Shown here: positions 16,012-24,238 of the stretch, piece after piece
Layout of the letters: each line of letters starts with the position of its first letter
How positions within the stretch are numbered: the stretch's first letter is position 1
Source: an uncultured Erysipelotrichaceae bacterium
GTDB taxonomy: Bacteria; Bacillota_I; Bacilli_A; Erysipelotrichales; Erysipelotrichaceae
Assembly: GCA_942492995.1 (NCBI GenBank)
Contig: OW818653.1
Span: 1,740,001-1,772,000, forward strand
Direction: 5' to 3'
DNA: 32,000 nucleotides
Translations under genes and position numbers: made by a program
Notes under the pieces: model-generated
Seen by the model: the letters and a program-made list of their open reading frames with translations, nothing else
The model's database searches: none
What the model was told of the DNA's origin: nothing

Positions 16012-16803
16012 ATGAAATTAATTTGCTTAGTTAAGTTTGTGCCAGATGTGGATAACTTCAAATATGATTTTGAGAAGAATGTACTTATTCGGGAGAATAC
16101 GGATTTAGTCCTTAACCCGGATGATGCGAAGGCAATTGCGTTCGCGCTCAAAGTGAAAGCGCTTAACCCGGAAATTACGGTTGAAATTTTAAGTATGGGA
16201 CCTAAGAATGTAATTCCAAAGTTAGAAGATCTCTTGCGATTAAAGGTAGATAAAGCAACACTCATCTCAGATTCATTGTATGTAGGTAGTGATACTTACG
16301 TTACAAGTCACATCTTAGCTAAGCATATTAGTTCATTAGATTATGATTGTATACTAACAGGAACGCATTCACTGGATGGTGATACGGCACATGTTCCAAG
16401 TCAAATTGCGGAACTCTTATCGTACCCGCATTTATCCAATGTCGTAGAAGTTAATAATTTTAATTCAACTCTATTTAATGTATGTGTTGATAGTGATAAC
16501 TTTATCGAAACGTATGAAGTGTCTCTGCCAATGGTATTAAGTTTTAGTAAAGAATCGAAGCTTAAATTACCGTATATTAAGTATGAAGATATCAATCGAG
16601 ATGTTAGTAATAAACTACAGATTATCGATAATACGGTATTAAATTTCGATAAGAAACAAGTTGGACTCGAAGGATCACTGACTAAAGTTATCCGTTCGTT
16701 TGTCAAACAGTTTGATAAAAAAGAAAAATTGATTGTACAGTGTGATGAGGAAGGTGTATCAAGCGTATATCGTTTCTTGAAACATTTAGGGTACATCAAA
16801 TGA
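16012..16803 (+). CDS. etfB: Electron transfer flavoprotein, beta (small) subunit
   Basis: 263 aa. It has N-terminal ICLVKFVPD and LNPDDAKAIAFAL, the SLDGDTAHVPSQIAELL segment, and GSLTKV near the C-terminus. Confidence 0.85.
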   Translation: MKLICLVKFVPDVDNFKYDFEKNVLIRENTDLVLNPDDAKAIAFALKVKALNPEITVEILSMGPKNVIPKLEDLLRLKVDKATLISDSLYVGSDTYVTSHILAKHISSLDYDCILTGTHSLDGDTAHVPSQIAELLSYPHLSNVVEVNNFNSTLFNVCVDSDNFIETYEVSLPMVLSFSKESKLKLPYIKYEDINRDVSNKLQIIDNTVLNFDKKQVGLEGSLTKVIRSFVKQFDKKEKLIVQCDEEGVSSVYRFLKHLGYIK

Positions 16804-17741
16804 AACGAGTGTTAATCTACTTTGATTATGAACAGAGTGAGAATTCACTTGAGTTGATTGGGGTTGCGTCACGGATTTATCCGAATGAAGAGATTATCAT
16901 TGATGCGATTAATCAATCAAATAAGAATGAAGAGCTTAATAATAAAGTTAATACAATTATTAATTGTACGTTAGATGCGTATGATTACATTAATATCACA
17001 AAGCTTATAGAAGAAGTTCACGCTAAATATAATTACCAATGTATTTTATTTCCGTCGAGTAAACATGGAAGAATCATTGCGCCAAGAGTTGCGATGCGTC
17101 TTCATTTAGGGTTAGTCGCAGATATTACGGACATTCAGATTAATAATGGGAAGTTAGAGATTATTCGTCCTGCGTATGGTGGGAAGATCATGGCTTCGAT
17201 TGAATGTACAAAAGAAACACTTATGATGAGTGTAAGACAGAATGTGTTTAAGCAGAGTAATTATCCTAATAGAATAAGTAATATCGAGAATATTAAATTA
17301 ATCGATTATGTACCAAATCAAATAAAATTGATTGGCAAAGTAGAAAAAAAAGATTTAGTTCAAGATATTCGCCAAAGTGATGTATTAGTTTCTGGTGGAT
17401 ATGGTATTGTGGAAAACTTTAATCAGATTTATGCACTTGCGGATTTGTTAGATGGACATGTTTCAGCAAGTCGCAAAATCGTTGATCATGGGGTTGTGTC
17501 AAGGAAGATACAGGTAGGACAATCGGGTAAAACAGTGAGTCCAAGGTTGTATATTGCGCTTGGGATAAGTGGATCAACGCAGCATATTGAAGGATTACGA
17601 AATATTGAGACAATTGTCTCTGTGAATTCAGATGAGTATGCACCTCTTAATAGTATTGCGGATGTGGTAGTACTTGGGGATGCGGTGGAGTTTACGAATC
17701 GATTAATCGATAAAATAAAAAAAGAAAGAAAAGGAATATAA
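16800..17741 (+). CDS. etfA: Electron transfer flavoprotein, alpha (large) subunit
   Basis: 313 aa. The C-terminal FAD-binding signature is VGQSGKTVSPRLYIALGISGSTQHIEGL. The start overlaps the etfB stop (ATGA). Confidence 0.85.
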   Translation: MKRVLIYFDYEQSENSLELIGVASRIYPNEEIIIDAINQSNKNEELNNKVNTIINCTLDAYDYINITKLIEEVHAKYNYQCILFPSSKHGRIIAPRVAMRLHLGLVADITDIQINNGKLEIIRPAYGGKIMASIECTKETLMMSVRQNVFKQSNYPNRISNIENIKLIDYVPNQIKLIGKVEKKDLVQDIRQSDVLVSGGYGIVENFNQIYALADLLDGHVSASRKIVDHGVVSRKIQVGQSGKTVSPRLYIALGISGSTQHIEGLRNIETIVSVNSDEYAPLNSIADVVVLGDAVEFTNRLIDKIKKERKGI

Positions 17742-17742
17742 T

Positions 17743-18522
17743 ATGCAACTTACAGATTTCAATATGGATATGTTTTCGCTTAAAGGCAAAAACGCAATCG
17801 TAACAGGTGGGAATAGTGGTTTAGGTCAAGCGTTCTCTACAGCTTTAGCAAAAGCTGGCGCAAACGTAATGGCAGCGAGTCTTATGGATGATGGTGGAGA
17901 AACGCGTAAATTAGTTGAAGATGCTGGTGTTAAATATCATCATACATTTGCGGATATTACGGCAGATGGTGAATGTAAACGTGTAGTGGATGAATGTGTT
18001 AATACGTTTGGTAGTATTGATATTCTTGTTAACTGTGCTGGTATTTGTATCAATATCGAAGATGTGACTCAATTTACACGTAAAGAATGGGACAAAATGG
18101 TTTCAGTTAACTTAACTGCAGCTTTTGAAATGACTCATGAAGCTTGTAAGTATATGATTAAACAAAAGAGTGGAAAAATTGTTAATATCGCTTCATTGTT
18201 CGCGTTCTTAGGTGGACAATGGTCTCCTGCGTATGCAGCTACTAAACACGGTATCGTTGGTTTAACGAAGTCTATGTGTGATGAGTTAGCACAATTCGGC
18301 ATTCAAGTGAACGCTATTGCGCCAGGTTATTTCCAAACTAAGTTAACTGTTAAGACACAAAGCGATCCAGTTCGTAATGGACAAATTCTTGCGCATATTC
18401 CTGCTGGTCGTTGGGGTTATTTAGCTGATTTAATGGGTACTTGTGTATTCCTATCAAGTTCTGCAGCGAATTATGTAAATGGCGCTACGATTGTAGTGGA
18501 TGGCGGTTACTTATTAAGATAA
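17743..18522 (+). CDS. Short-chain dehydrogenase/reductase, KduD/gluconate-5-dehydrogenase-like
   Basis: 259 aa. It has the cofactor motif TGGNSGLGQA, NCAG, and the catalytic Y-x3-K (YAATK). The N-terminus resembles E. coli KduD (FSLKGK.A.VTG...GLGQ). Confidence 0.85.
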   Translation: MQLTDFNMDMFSLKGKNAIVTGGNSGLGQAFSTALAKAGANVMAASLMDDGGETRKLVEDAGVKYHHTFADITADGECKRVVDECVNTFGSIDILVNCAGICINIEDVTQFTRKEWDKMVSVNLTAAFEMTHEACKYMIKQKSGKIVNIASLFAFLGGQWSPAYAATKHGIVGLTKSMCDELAQFGIQVNAIAPGYFQTKLTVKTQSDPVRNGQILAHIPAGRWGYLADLMGTCVFLSSSAANYVNGATIVVDGGYLLR

Positions 18523-18562
18523 TGATGCGTTAAGCATCATTTTTAACTCGGAGGGTTAGCGA

Positions 18563-19990
18563 ATGAATAAATATTTAATTGGGGTTGATAGTGGTTCGCA
18601 AAGCACAAAAGTCTATATCTATGATCAAGATGGAAATGTTGTTTGCGGAGCAAGTGAACCTTTAAAACCGATGATGAGTCGTAAACCTGGTTATGTTGAA
18701 CATCCAGGGGATGACTTATGGGATAGTTTAAAAGTCGTATTAAAAAAATTGATGCATGAATTCAAAGGTGATCCGAAGGACATCGTTGGTTTAGGAATCT
18801 GTTCGATTAGATGTTGTCGAGTATTTATGGATAAAGATGGATCATTGGCTGAACCGATTATGAGTTGGATGGATGTCAGAGCGTATGAAACCTATATTGA
18901 TGATACACGTATCGCATATACAGGTTCTACATCTGGTTATTTAACCTTCAGATTAACGGGTGAAATCAAAGATACTGTTGCGAATGCGTATGATTGGCAG
19001 TTCCCTACGGATTTAGATACCTGGGAATGGTCAAAAGATGATGCTCATTTCAATAAGTTTAATATCCCTAAAGAAAAGCTATTTGAACTTCAACTCCCTG
19101 GCACAATCTTAGGTTATGTCACGACTAAAGCTGCGATTGAGACTGGTTTACCTATTGGTTTACCGATTGTCGCAACTGCGAATGATAAAGCTGTAGAAGC
19201 GCTTGGTTCAGGTTTAATTGAAGCGAATGTTGGTTTAGTGTCATTAGGTACGTATATTACTTCCATGGTATTTGGTGATAAGAATGTTAAGAACTCATCT
19301 AATTTCTTTACGAACTTATCCAACTTACCATACAAATATCTTTATGAGAGTGGTGGTATTCGTCGTGGTATGTGGTTGATTTCTTGGTATAAGAGTATTA
19401 TCGGTGAAGAGTATGCGAAGAAAGCTGAAGCTGAAGGCTTTATGGTAGAAGATTACTTAGCGAAAGAAGCTGAACTCTTATTACCTGGATCTGATGGTTT
19501 ATTTACCATTCCTGATTGGTTAGCTCCTGCAACGCAACTTTATCGTAAAGGTGTGATTCTTGGGTTTGATGAACGTCATACCAGAGGTCATATTTATCGT
19601 TCCCTTTTAGAAGGTATTGCGTTAACGCTTAAGAACAGTTATGACGCAATGTGCAATGAATTAGGTTCTACGCCAACTAAGATTATTGTCTCAGGTGGTG
19701 GATCGAATAGTGACTTGTACATGCAGATTATTGCGGATATCTATGGTGTTCGTACCGTTCGTAATGTCGTGAATGGCGCAGCTTCTTTAGGTGCGGCAAT
19801 CTCAGTAGCGGTTGCGACAGGTGTCTATCATGATTATGAAACAGCAGTTCGTAAGATGATTAAACAACGTGATGAGTTTACTCCAAATATGGCGAATCAT
19901 GACGCGTATAATCGTATAAATGGTGTTTATCGTAAATTGCCTGGTCTATTAGAAGCACCATTAAAAGAAGTTTTTGAAGCACTTAAATAG
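18563..19990 (+). CDS. FGGY-family carbohydrate kinase
   Basis: 475 aa. The N-terminal YLIGVDSGSQSTKVYIYD is the phosphate-1 motif of actin-fold kinases. The C-terminal VSGGGSNSDLYMQIIADIYG is an FGGY signature. SD ggaggg precedes the ATG. Confidence 0.85.
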   Translation: MNKYLIGVDSGSQSTKVYIYDQDGNVVCGASEPLKPMMSRKPGYVEHPGDDLWDSLKVVLKKLMHEFKGDPKDIVGLGICSIRCCRVFMDKDGSLAEPIMSWMDVRAYETYIDDTRIAYTGSTSGYLTFRLTGEIKDTVANAYDWQFPTDLDTWEWSKDDAHFNKFNIPKEKLFELQLPGTILGYVTTKAAIETGLPIGLPIVATANDKAVEALGSGLIEANVGLVSLGTYITSMVFGDKNVKNSSNFFTNLSNLPYKYLYESGGIRRGMWLISWYKSIIGEEYAKKAEAEGFMVEDYLAKEAELLLPGSDGLFTIPDWLAPATQLYRKGVILGFDERHTRGHIYRSLLEGIALTLKNSYDAMCNELGSTPTKIIVSGGGSNSDLYMQIIADIYGVRTVRNVVNGAASLGAAISVAVATGVYHDYETAVRKMIKQRDEFTPNMANHDAYNRINGVYRKLPGLLEAPLKEVFEALK

Positions 19991-19993
19991 TCA

Positions 19994-20785
19994 ATGAAGC
20001 CTTATATTCTATTGACCAATGATGATGGGATTTATTCGCCAGGACTCTTAGCCCTTGCGGAAGTTCTCATTGATATAGCGGATGTGTGTATCGCAGCACC
20101 TATCCACCAACAAACGGGTATGGGGAGATCTTTTCCTAGGGTTCCGGATAATGGAATCATTAAGCAAATTCCTCTCACTTTGAACAATCGAACAATTCTC
20201 GCTTATGGGATTCATGGATCTCCTGCGTTTGTGGTAGCTCATGCGATGTTAGAGTGTGTTGATCGAAAACCTGATCTTTGTATATGTGGAATCAATTATG
20301 GTGAGAATCTTGGTTTATCGCTTACCTGTAGTGGTACGGTTGGGGCTGCGTTTGAAGCCAACAGTCACGGAGTTAATGCGATAGCTTTCTCTAAAGCATT
20401 TGATCTCGATAAACAACACAATGAAGTACTCGAACCAATTAATTGGGATATTGATAAGAAGATTATTCGTAGAATAATTGAACAAATTCTATTATCTGGT
20501 TTCCCTAACGATATATGTCTCTATAATGTGAATTTACCAAAAGTAGTTAATCCTAATACTGGAATCCGTCTAACCAGACAAAGTAGAATGAATTACTCTG
20601 AGTTTGATAAAGTACGTAAGCGCAAATTATTTGAACCTTATCACTTAACGAGTAGTATCTCTCAAGACTTTAGTCATTTAGATAAACATACAGATATTTA
20701 TACTGTTGCGGTAGATAACTTAGTGTCTATAACACCAATACGTTGGGATATATCGATTGATGATTCGATTGAGTTCCCAATGTAA
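19994..20785 (+). CDS. SurE-family 5'/3'-nucleotidase / phosphatase
   Basis: 263 aa. It has ILLTNDDGIYSPGL, CGINYGENLG and SGTVGAAFEA, the three conserved SurE blocks. It starts 3 nt after the kinase stop. Confidence 0.8.
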   Translation: MKPYILLTNDDGIYSPGLLALAEVLIDIADVCIAAPIHQQTGMGRSFPRVPDNGIIKQIPLTLNNRTILAYGIHGSPAFVVAHAMLECVDRKPDLCICGINYGENLGLSLTCSGTVGAAFEANSHGVNAIAFSKAFDLDKQHNEVLEPINWDIDKKIIRRIIEQILLSGFPNDICLYNVNLPKVVNPNTGIRLTRQSRMNYSEFDKVRKRKLFEPYHLTSSISQDFSHLDKHTDIYTVAVDNLVSITPIRWDISIDDSIEFPM

Positions 20786-20790
20786 TTCCG

Positions 20791-20855
20791 GAAAGTGCAT
20801 ATTGAAAAGTCCTTTTAAGTAATTAACTTTAGGGAAGTTTCATAGGCACTTTTTT
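20791..20855 (+). terminator. Probable operon terminator (long interrupted hairpin + T-run)
   Basis: aaagtgcatat (20791-) pairs with ataggcacttt (-20851) with one bulge, followed by ttttttt. The loop is large (about 45 nt) and partly self-paired. Confidence 0.45.
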
Positions 20856-20993
20856 TATCATTATGGGTAATATATTTGTATTTTTAAATCGTTTATTGAT
20901 AAATTTGACTTAATTTATAGAATAATGTAGTTAAATGAAATGTAATAATATTCTTTTATAAACGAAGGATAAAAACGATTTAAAGAGGTAAAA

Positions 20994-21632
20994 ATGAAGA
21001 AATTGGTAATATTTGATATGGACGGATTATTACTTGATACAGAGAAGCTTTATCAAAAATACTGGTTTCAAGTTATTAAAGAAAACAATATTGGAATGAC
21101 AGAAGATGAGTTAAGAACGATTATTGGAATGAGTTTTGATCAAACTAAACAGTTTTTTCTTAAATATTTAAATTCAGAAGATGAATTTTATGAATTTAGA
21201 AAAAGAAGAGAAGTAATTTTTTGGGAAGAGATTGGGAAGTACGGTGTGCCAGCGAAAGAAGGAGCATTTGAAATTCTTAAACACTTAAATCAAAAGAATA
21301 TTCAAACTGCTTTAATTACATCAACCGAAGAGACAAGAGCAAAGAAGTTGTTAGCGTTGGCGGGATTTGAACATAGTTTTGACTACATGGTATTTAGTAA
21401 TATGGTAACAAAAACAAAACCTGATCCTGAAGTTTATCACTTCCTTCAGAAACAAACAGAAATTCCAAAATCAGAATGGTTAGTTTTTGAAGATTCTTAT
21501 AATGGAATAAAGGCTGCGAACAATGCGGATGTTGATGTGATTTGGATTAAAGATTTAGCTGGCTTAAATGATGATAATGTTAGTTATATTTCGTCTTATG
21601 ATTCTTTATTTGAAGTAATTGATACATTGTAA
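20994..21632 (+). CDS. HAD-superfamily phosphatase/phosphomutase (subfamily IA, beta-PGM-like)
   Basis: 212 aa. It has VIFDMDGLLLDTE (motif I DxD), ITSTEE (motif II) and FEDSYNGIKAANNA (motif IV). SD aaagagg precedes the ATG, and it has its own terminator. Confidence 0.85.
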   Translation: MKKLVIFDMDGLLLDTEKLYQKYWFQVIKENNIGMTEDELRTIIGMSFDQTKQFFLKYLNSEDEFYEFRKRREVIFWEEIGKYGVPAKEGAFEILKHLNQKNIQTALITSTEETRAKKLLALAGFEHSFDYMVFSNMVTKTKPDPEVYHFLQKQTEIPKSEWLVFEDSYNGIKAANNADVDVIWIKDLAGLNDDNVSYISSYDSLFEVIDTL

Positions 21633-21641
21633 ATAGATAAC

Positions 21642-21669
21642 AAAGTTTATAAGAAATTATAAACTTTTT
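21642..21669 (+). terminator. HAD gene terminator
   Basis: aaagtttata (21642-21651) pairs with tataaacttt (21658-21667), followed by tt. Confidence 0.7.
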
Positions 21670-21676
21670 AAATGAC

Positions 21677-21714
21677 TGTACAATAGTATACAAATAATTT
21701 GAAATGTATAGACA
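21677..21714. promoter_or_regulatory. Two imperfect GT-N-AC type palindromes (candidate GntR/HutC operators)
   Basis: TGTACAatagTATACA (21677-21692) and TGTATAGACA (21705-21714) lie in the PTS leader. They resemble the GGTnTAnACC-type boxes of HutC-subfamily regulators. The promoter was not located confidently. Confidence 0.3.
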
Positions 21715-21769
21715 AATGAAAAAGTGTGTGATATTGTGTGAGTAGATTTACAAAAAGGTGGAAAATAAT

Positions 21770-22168
21770 TTGAGAAAAATACTAATTTGTACCCATGGTG
21801 AAATGGCTAATGGAATTATAAATTCACTAGAATTAATTGCTGGTGAAGTTAAAAATGTGAAAGCCTTATCGGTAAACATGGAAGATACGATTGAAGAAAT
21901 AAAATCAAGGATTGAAGATTTTATTAACAAATGTTCACCAGAAGATGACAAAGTAATTCTTACTGATATACCAGGTGGAAGTACAACTCAAGCATCATTC
22001 TATTTTATAAGTACTGAAAAGAGAGTGCATGTGTTAACAGGGTTGAATTTAGGGTTATTACTTGAGATATATCTCTCTAGTGAAGAAGATACAAAGACAC
22101 TTCTTACAAATTCATTACAAGCTGGGAAAGAAACGTTGAACTATTTAAATAGTACATACGAACTTTAA
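21770..22168 (+). CDS. PTS mannose/fructose/sorbose family, EIIA component
   Basis: The N-terminus ILICTHGEMANG carries the phospho-His context. I prefer the TTG start at 21770, 8 nt after AGGTGG (21756-21761). The ORF-track GTG at 21758 sits inside the SD. Confidence 0.8.
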   Translation: MRKILICTHGEMANGIINSLELIAGEVKNVKALSVNMEDTIEEIKSRIEDFINKCSPEDDKVILTDIPGGSTTQASFYFISTEKRVHVLTGLNLGLLLEIYLSSEEDTKTLLTNSLQAGKETLNYLNSTYEL

Positions 22169-22190
22169 AAAAAAGAAAGGAGAAAAGAAA

Positions 22191-22676
22191 ATGATCAAAT
22201 TGCTAAGAGTAGATGATCGGTTAATTCATGGTCAAGTTGCGATGGTATGGACGTCGTACCTTCAAGCAAACTTATTAGTAGTTGCAAATAATAAAGCAGC
22301 TACGGACCCTATGACTAAGATGGCTTTAAGTTTAGCTAAGCCTCCAGGAGTAGATTTGGAATTTAAGAGTATACAAGACGCGGTTGTTTACTTAAATGAC
22401 TCTACTTTAGCGAATCGGAAGATTTTTGTAGTTGTAGAAAATACGGATGATGCAAAAGTTCTCTGTGAACATGTAGGAGAAATCAAAAACGTAGTTTTTG
22501 GCGGAATTAGAAAATCTGGAGAGAAGAAAATAATGGATCGACAAGTTTTTCTAGATAAAAAAGATTTAGAGAACTGGCGTTCAATGGTTTCGTACGGGAA
22601 AGAAGTCCAAATTCAAGTTGTTCCTTCAGAGAGAAAAATATCATTATCTGAAGCCGAAGTCATTTTTAATAAGTAA
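22191..22676 (+). CDS. PTS mannose family, EIIB component
   Basis: 161 aa. LLRVDDRLIHGQV is the hallmark EIIB-Man active-site His motif. Confidence 0.9.
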   Translation: MIKLLRVDDRLIHGQVAMVWTSYLQANLLVVANNKAATDPMTKMALSLAKPPGVDLEFKSIQDAVVYLNDSTLANRKIFVVVENTDDAKVLCEHVGEIKNVVFGGIRKSGEKKIMDRQVFLDKKDLENWRSMVSYGKEVQIQVVPSERKISLSEAEVIFNK

Positions 22677-22692
22677 ATAAAGGAGGAAAATT

Positions 22693-23424
22693 ATGATTTA
22701 TTTACAAGCATTTTTGTTAGCGCTGCTTGCTGGGTTTGCTCAATGGGATAGTCGTATTGGTGGTCAAAATATGTTGGATCGTCCAATCGTAACAGGACCA
22801 ATTGTTGGTTTAATACTCGGTGATTTACAAACTGGAATTATAATGGGTGGAACATTAGAACTTGTTTGGATGGGTATCGTAAATATTGGTGGAGCAACTC
22901 CTCCAGATACAGTAACAGGTGGAATACTTGGGACTGCATTCGCGATTTTATCAGGTTTAGATACCGCTACAGCTGTTGCTGTCGCGTTACCAATAGCATT
23001 ATTGGCACAATCATTAGGTATATTTGCTCGAGTTATCAATGCAACATTCAATCACAAAGCTGATGAATATGCAGAAAAAGGTGATTGGAGAGGTATTGAA
23101 AAAATTCTATGGACTGGTGCTGCATTATTCTTTATATTCTCGTTCACACCAGTTTTCTTAGGAGTAGCATTTGGATCAGATGTTGTTGCTAATATCGTAG
23201 CATTCATTCCAGCTAAAATACTTCAAGGTTTAAGAGTTGCGAGTGGATTGTTGCCTGCATTAGGGATGGCAATTTTAATGAGATTTATATTTGATAAGAA
23301 CAGTGCTGCATTCTTATTCTTAGGTTTCGTATTAGCTGCGTTCTTAAACGTAAGTACAATTGGTGTTGCGATTGTTGGGGCTATTGCTGCAGCGTTACAT
23401 TACCAATCGTTAGTGAGTAAATAG
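22693..23424 (+). CDS. PTS mannose family, EIIC component
   Basis: 243 aa and polytopic. It shows typical EIIC-Man blocks (RPIVTGPIVGLILGD, GGTLELVWMG). SD aaaggagg precedes the ATG. Confidence 0.9.
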   Translation: MIYLQAFLLALLAGFAQWDSRIGGQNMLDRPIVTGPIVGLILGDLQTGIIMGGTLELVWMGIVNIGGATPPDTVTGGILGTAFAILSGLDTATAVAVALPIALLAQSLGIFARVINATFNHKADEYAEKGDWRGIEKILWTGAALFFIFSFTPVFLGVAFGSDVVANIVAFIPAKILQGLRVASGLLPALGMAILMRFIFDKNSAAFLFLGFVLAAFLNVSTIGVAIVGAIAAALHYQSLVSK

Positions 23425-23433
23425 GAGAATAAT

Positions 23434-24237
23434 ATGAGCAATAAAATTGAAAGAAAAGATTTGATGAAAGTATTCTGGCGTTCGCTAGCGTTACAAGGTT
23501 GTTTCAACTATGAACGTATGCAAGCCATTGGTTACGCATATGCTATGATTCCCGTTCTTCGTAAACTTTACCCAACTGAAGCTGGAATGTCTGAAGCACT
23601 TAAAAGACATGTTGGTTTCTTTAATACATCACCACAAACAGTTTCCTTTATTTATGGAGCAACAATTGCGTTAGAAGAACAAAATGCCACTACTGAAAAC
23701 TTCGACACAGACGCAATTAACTCTATTAAAGCTGCCTTAATGGGGCCTTTAGCGGGTATTGGGGATTCATTCTTCTGGGGTACATTTAGAATTATTGGAG
23801 CAGGTGTTGGAGCATCATTAGCAATTACAGGTAATATTTTAGGGGCCATTCTATTTATATTAATCTACAATGTTCCACATTATCTACTACGCTATAATGG
23901 ACTGTTTATTGGTTACAATAGCGGTGTATCCTTCTTACAAAATGCATTCGCATCCGGCACAATTGAAAAATTAACTGGAGCTGCTAAAGTTATGGGATCT
24001 GTTGTGGTAGGTGCATTGATTGCATCTATGGTTAGAATTAGTACACCATTTGTTTTAACTCTTGGTGAAACTACACTAGAAGTTCAAACAATTTTTGATG
24101 GTATTATGCCAAAATTACTACCTTTAGGCTTAACATTCTTAATCTTTGGATTAGTAAGAAAAGGTTATAAGACTACAACATTGATGTTAATTTTATTAGT
24201 AGTTGGTATTGCAGGTGTCTATTTAGGAATTCTATAA
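23434..24237 (+). CDS. PTS mannose family, EIID component
   Basis: 267 aa. FWRSLALQGCFNYERMQAIGYAYAMIP and FFNTSPQ are typical EIID-Man N-terminal blocks. Confidence 0.9.
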   Translation: MSNKIERKDLMKVFWRSLALQGCFNYERMQAIGYAYAMIPVLRKLYPTEAGMSEALKRHVGFFNTSPQTVSFIYGATIALEEQNATTENFDTDAINSIKAALMGPLAGIGDSFFWGTFRIIGAGVGASLAITGNILGAILFILIYNVPHYLLRYNGLFIGYNSGVSFLQNAFASGTIEKLTGAAKVMGSVVVGALIASMVRISTPFVLTLGETTLEVQTIFDGIMPKLLPLGLTFLIFGLVRKGYKTTTLMLILLVVGIAGVYLGIL

Positions 24238-24238
24238 T

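Noticed and set aside
21758-21769. GTG at 21758 as the start of the PTS IIA gene
   Set aside because: That GTG is part of the AGGTGG Shine-Dalgarno sequence. The in-frame TTG at 21770 has correct spacing and gives the usual short N-terminus before the active-site His.
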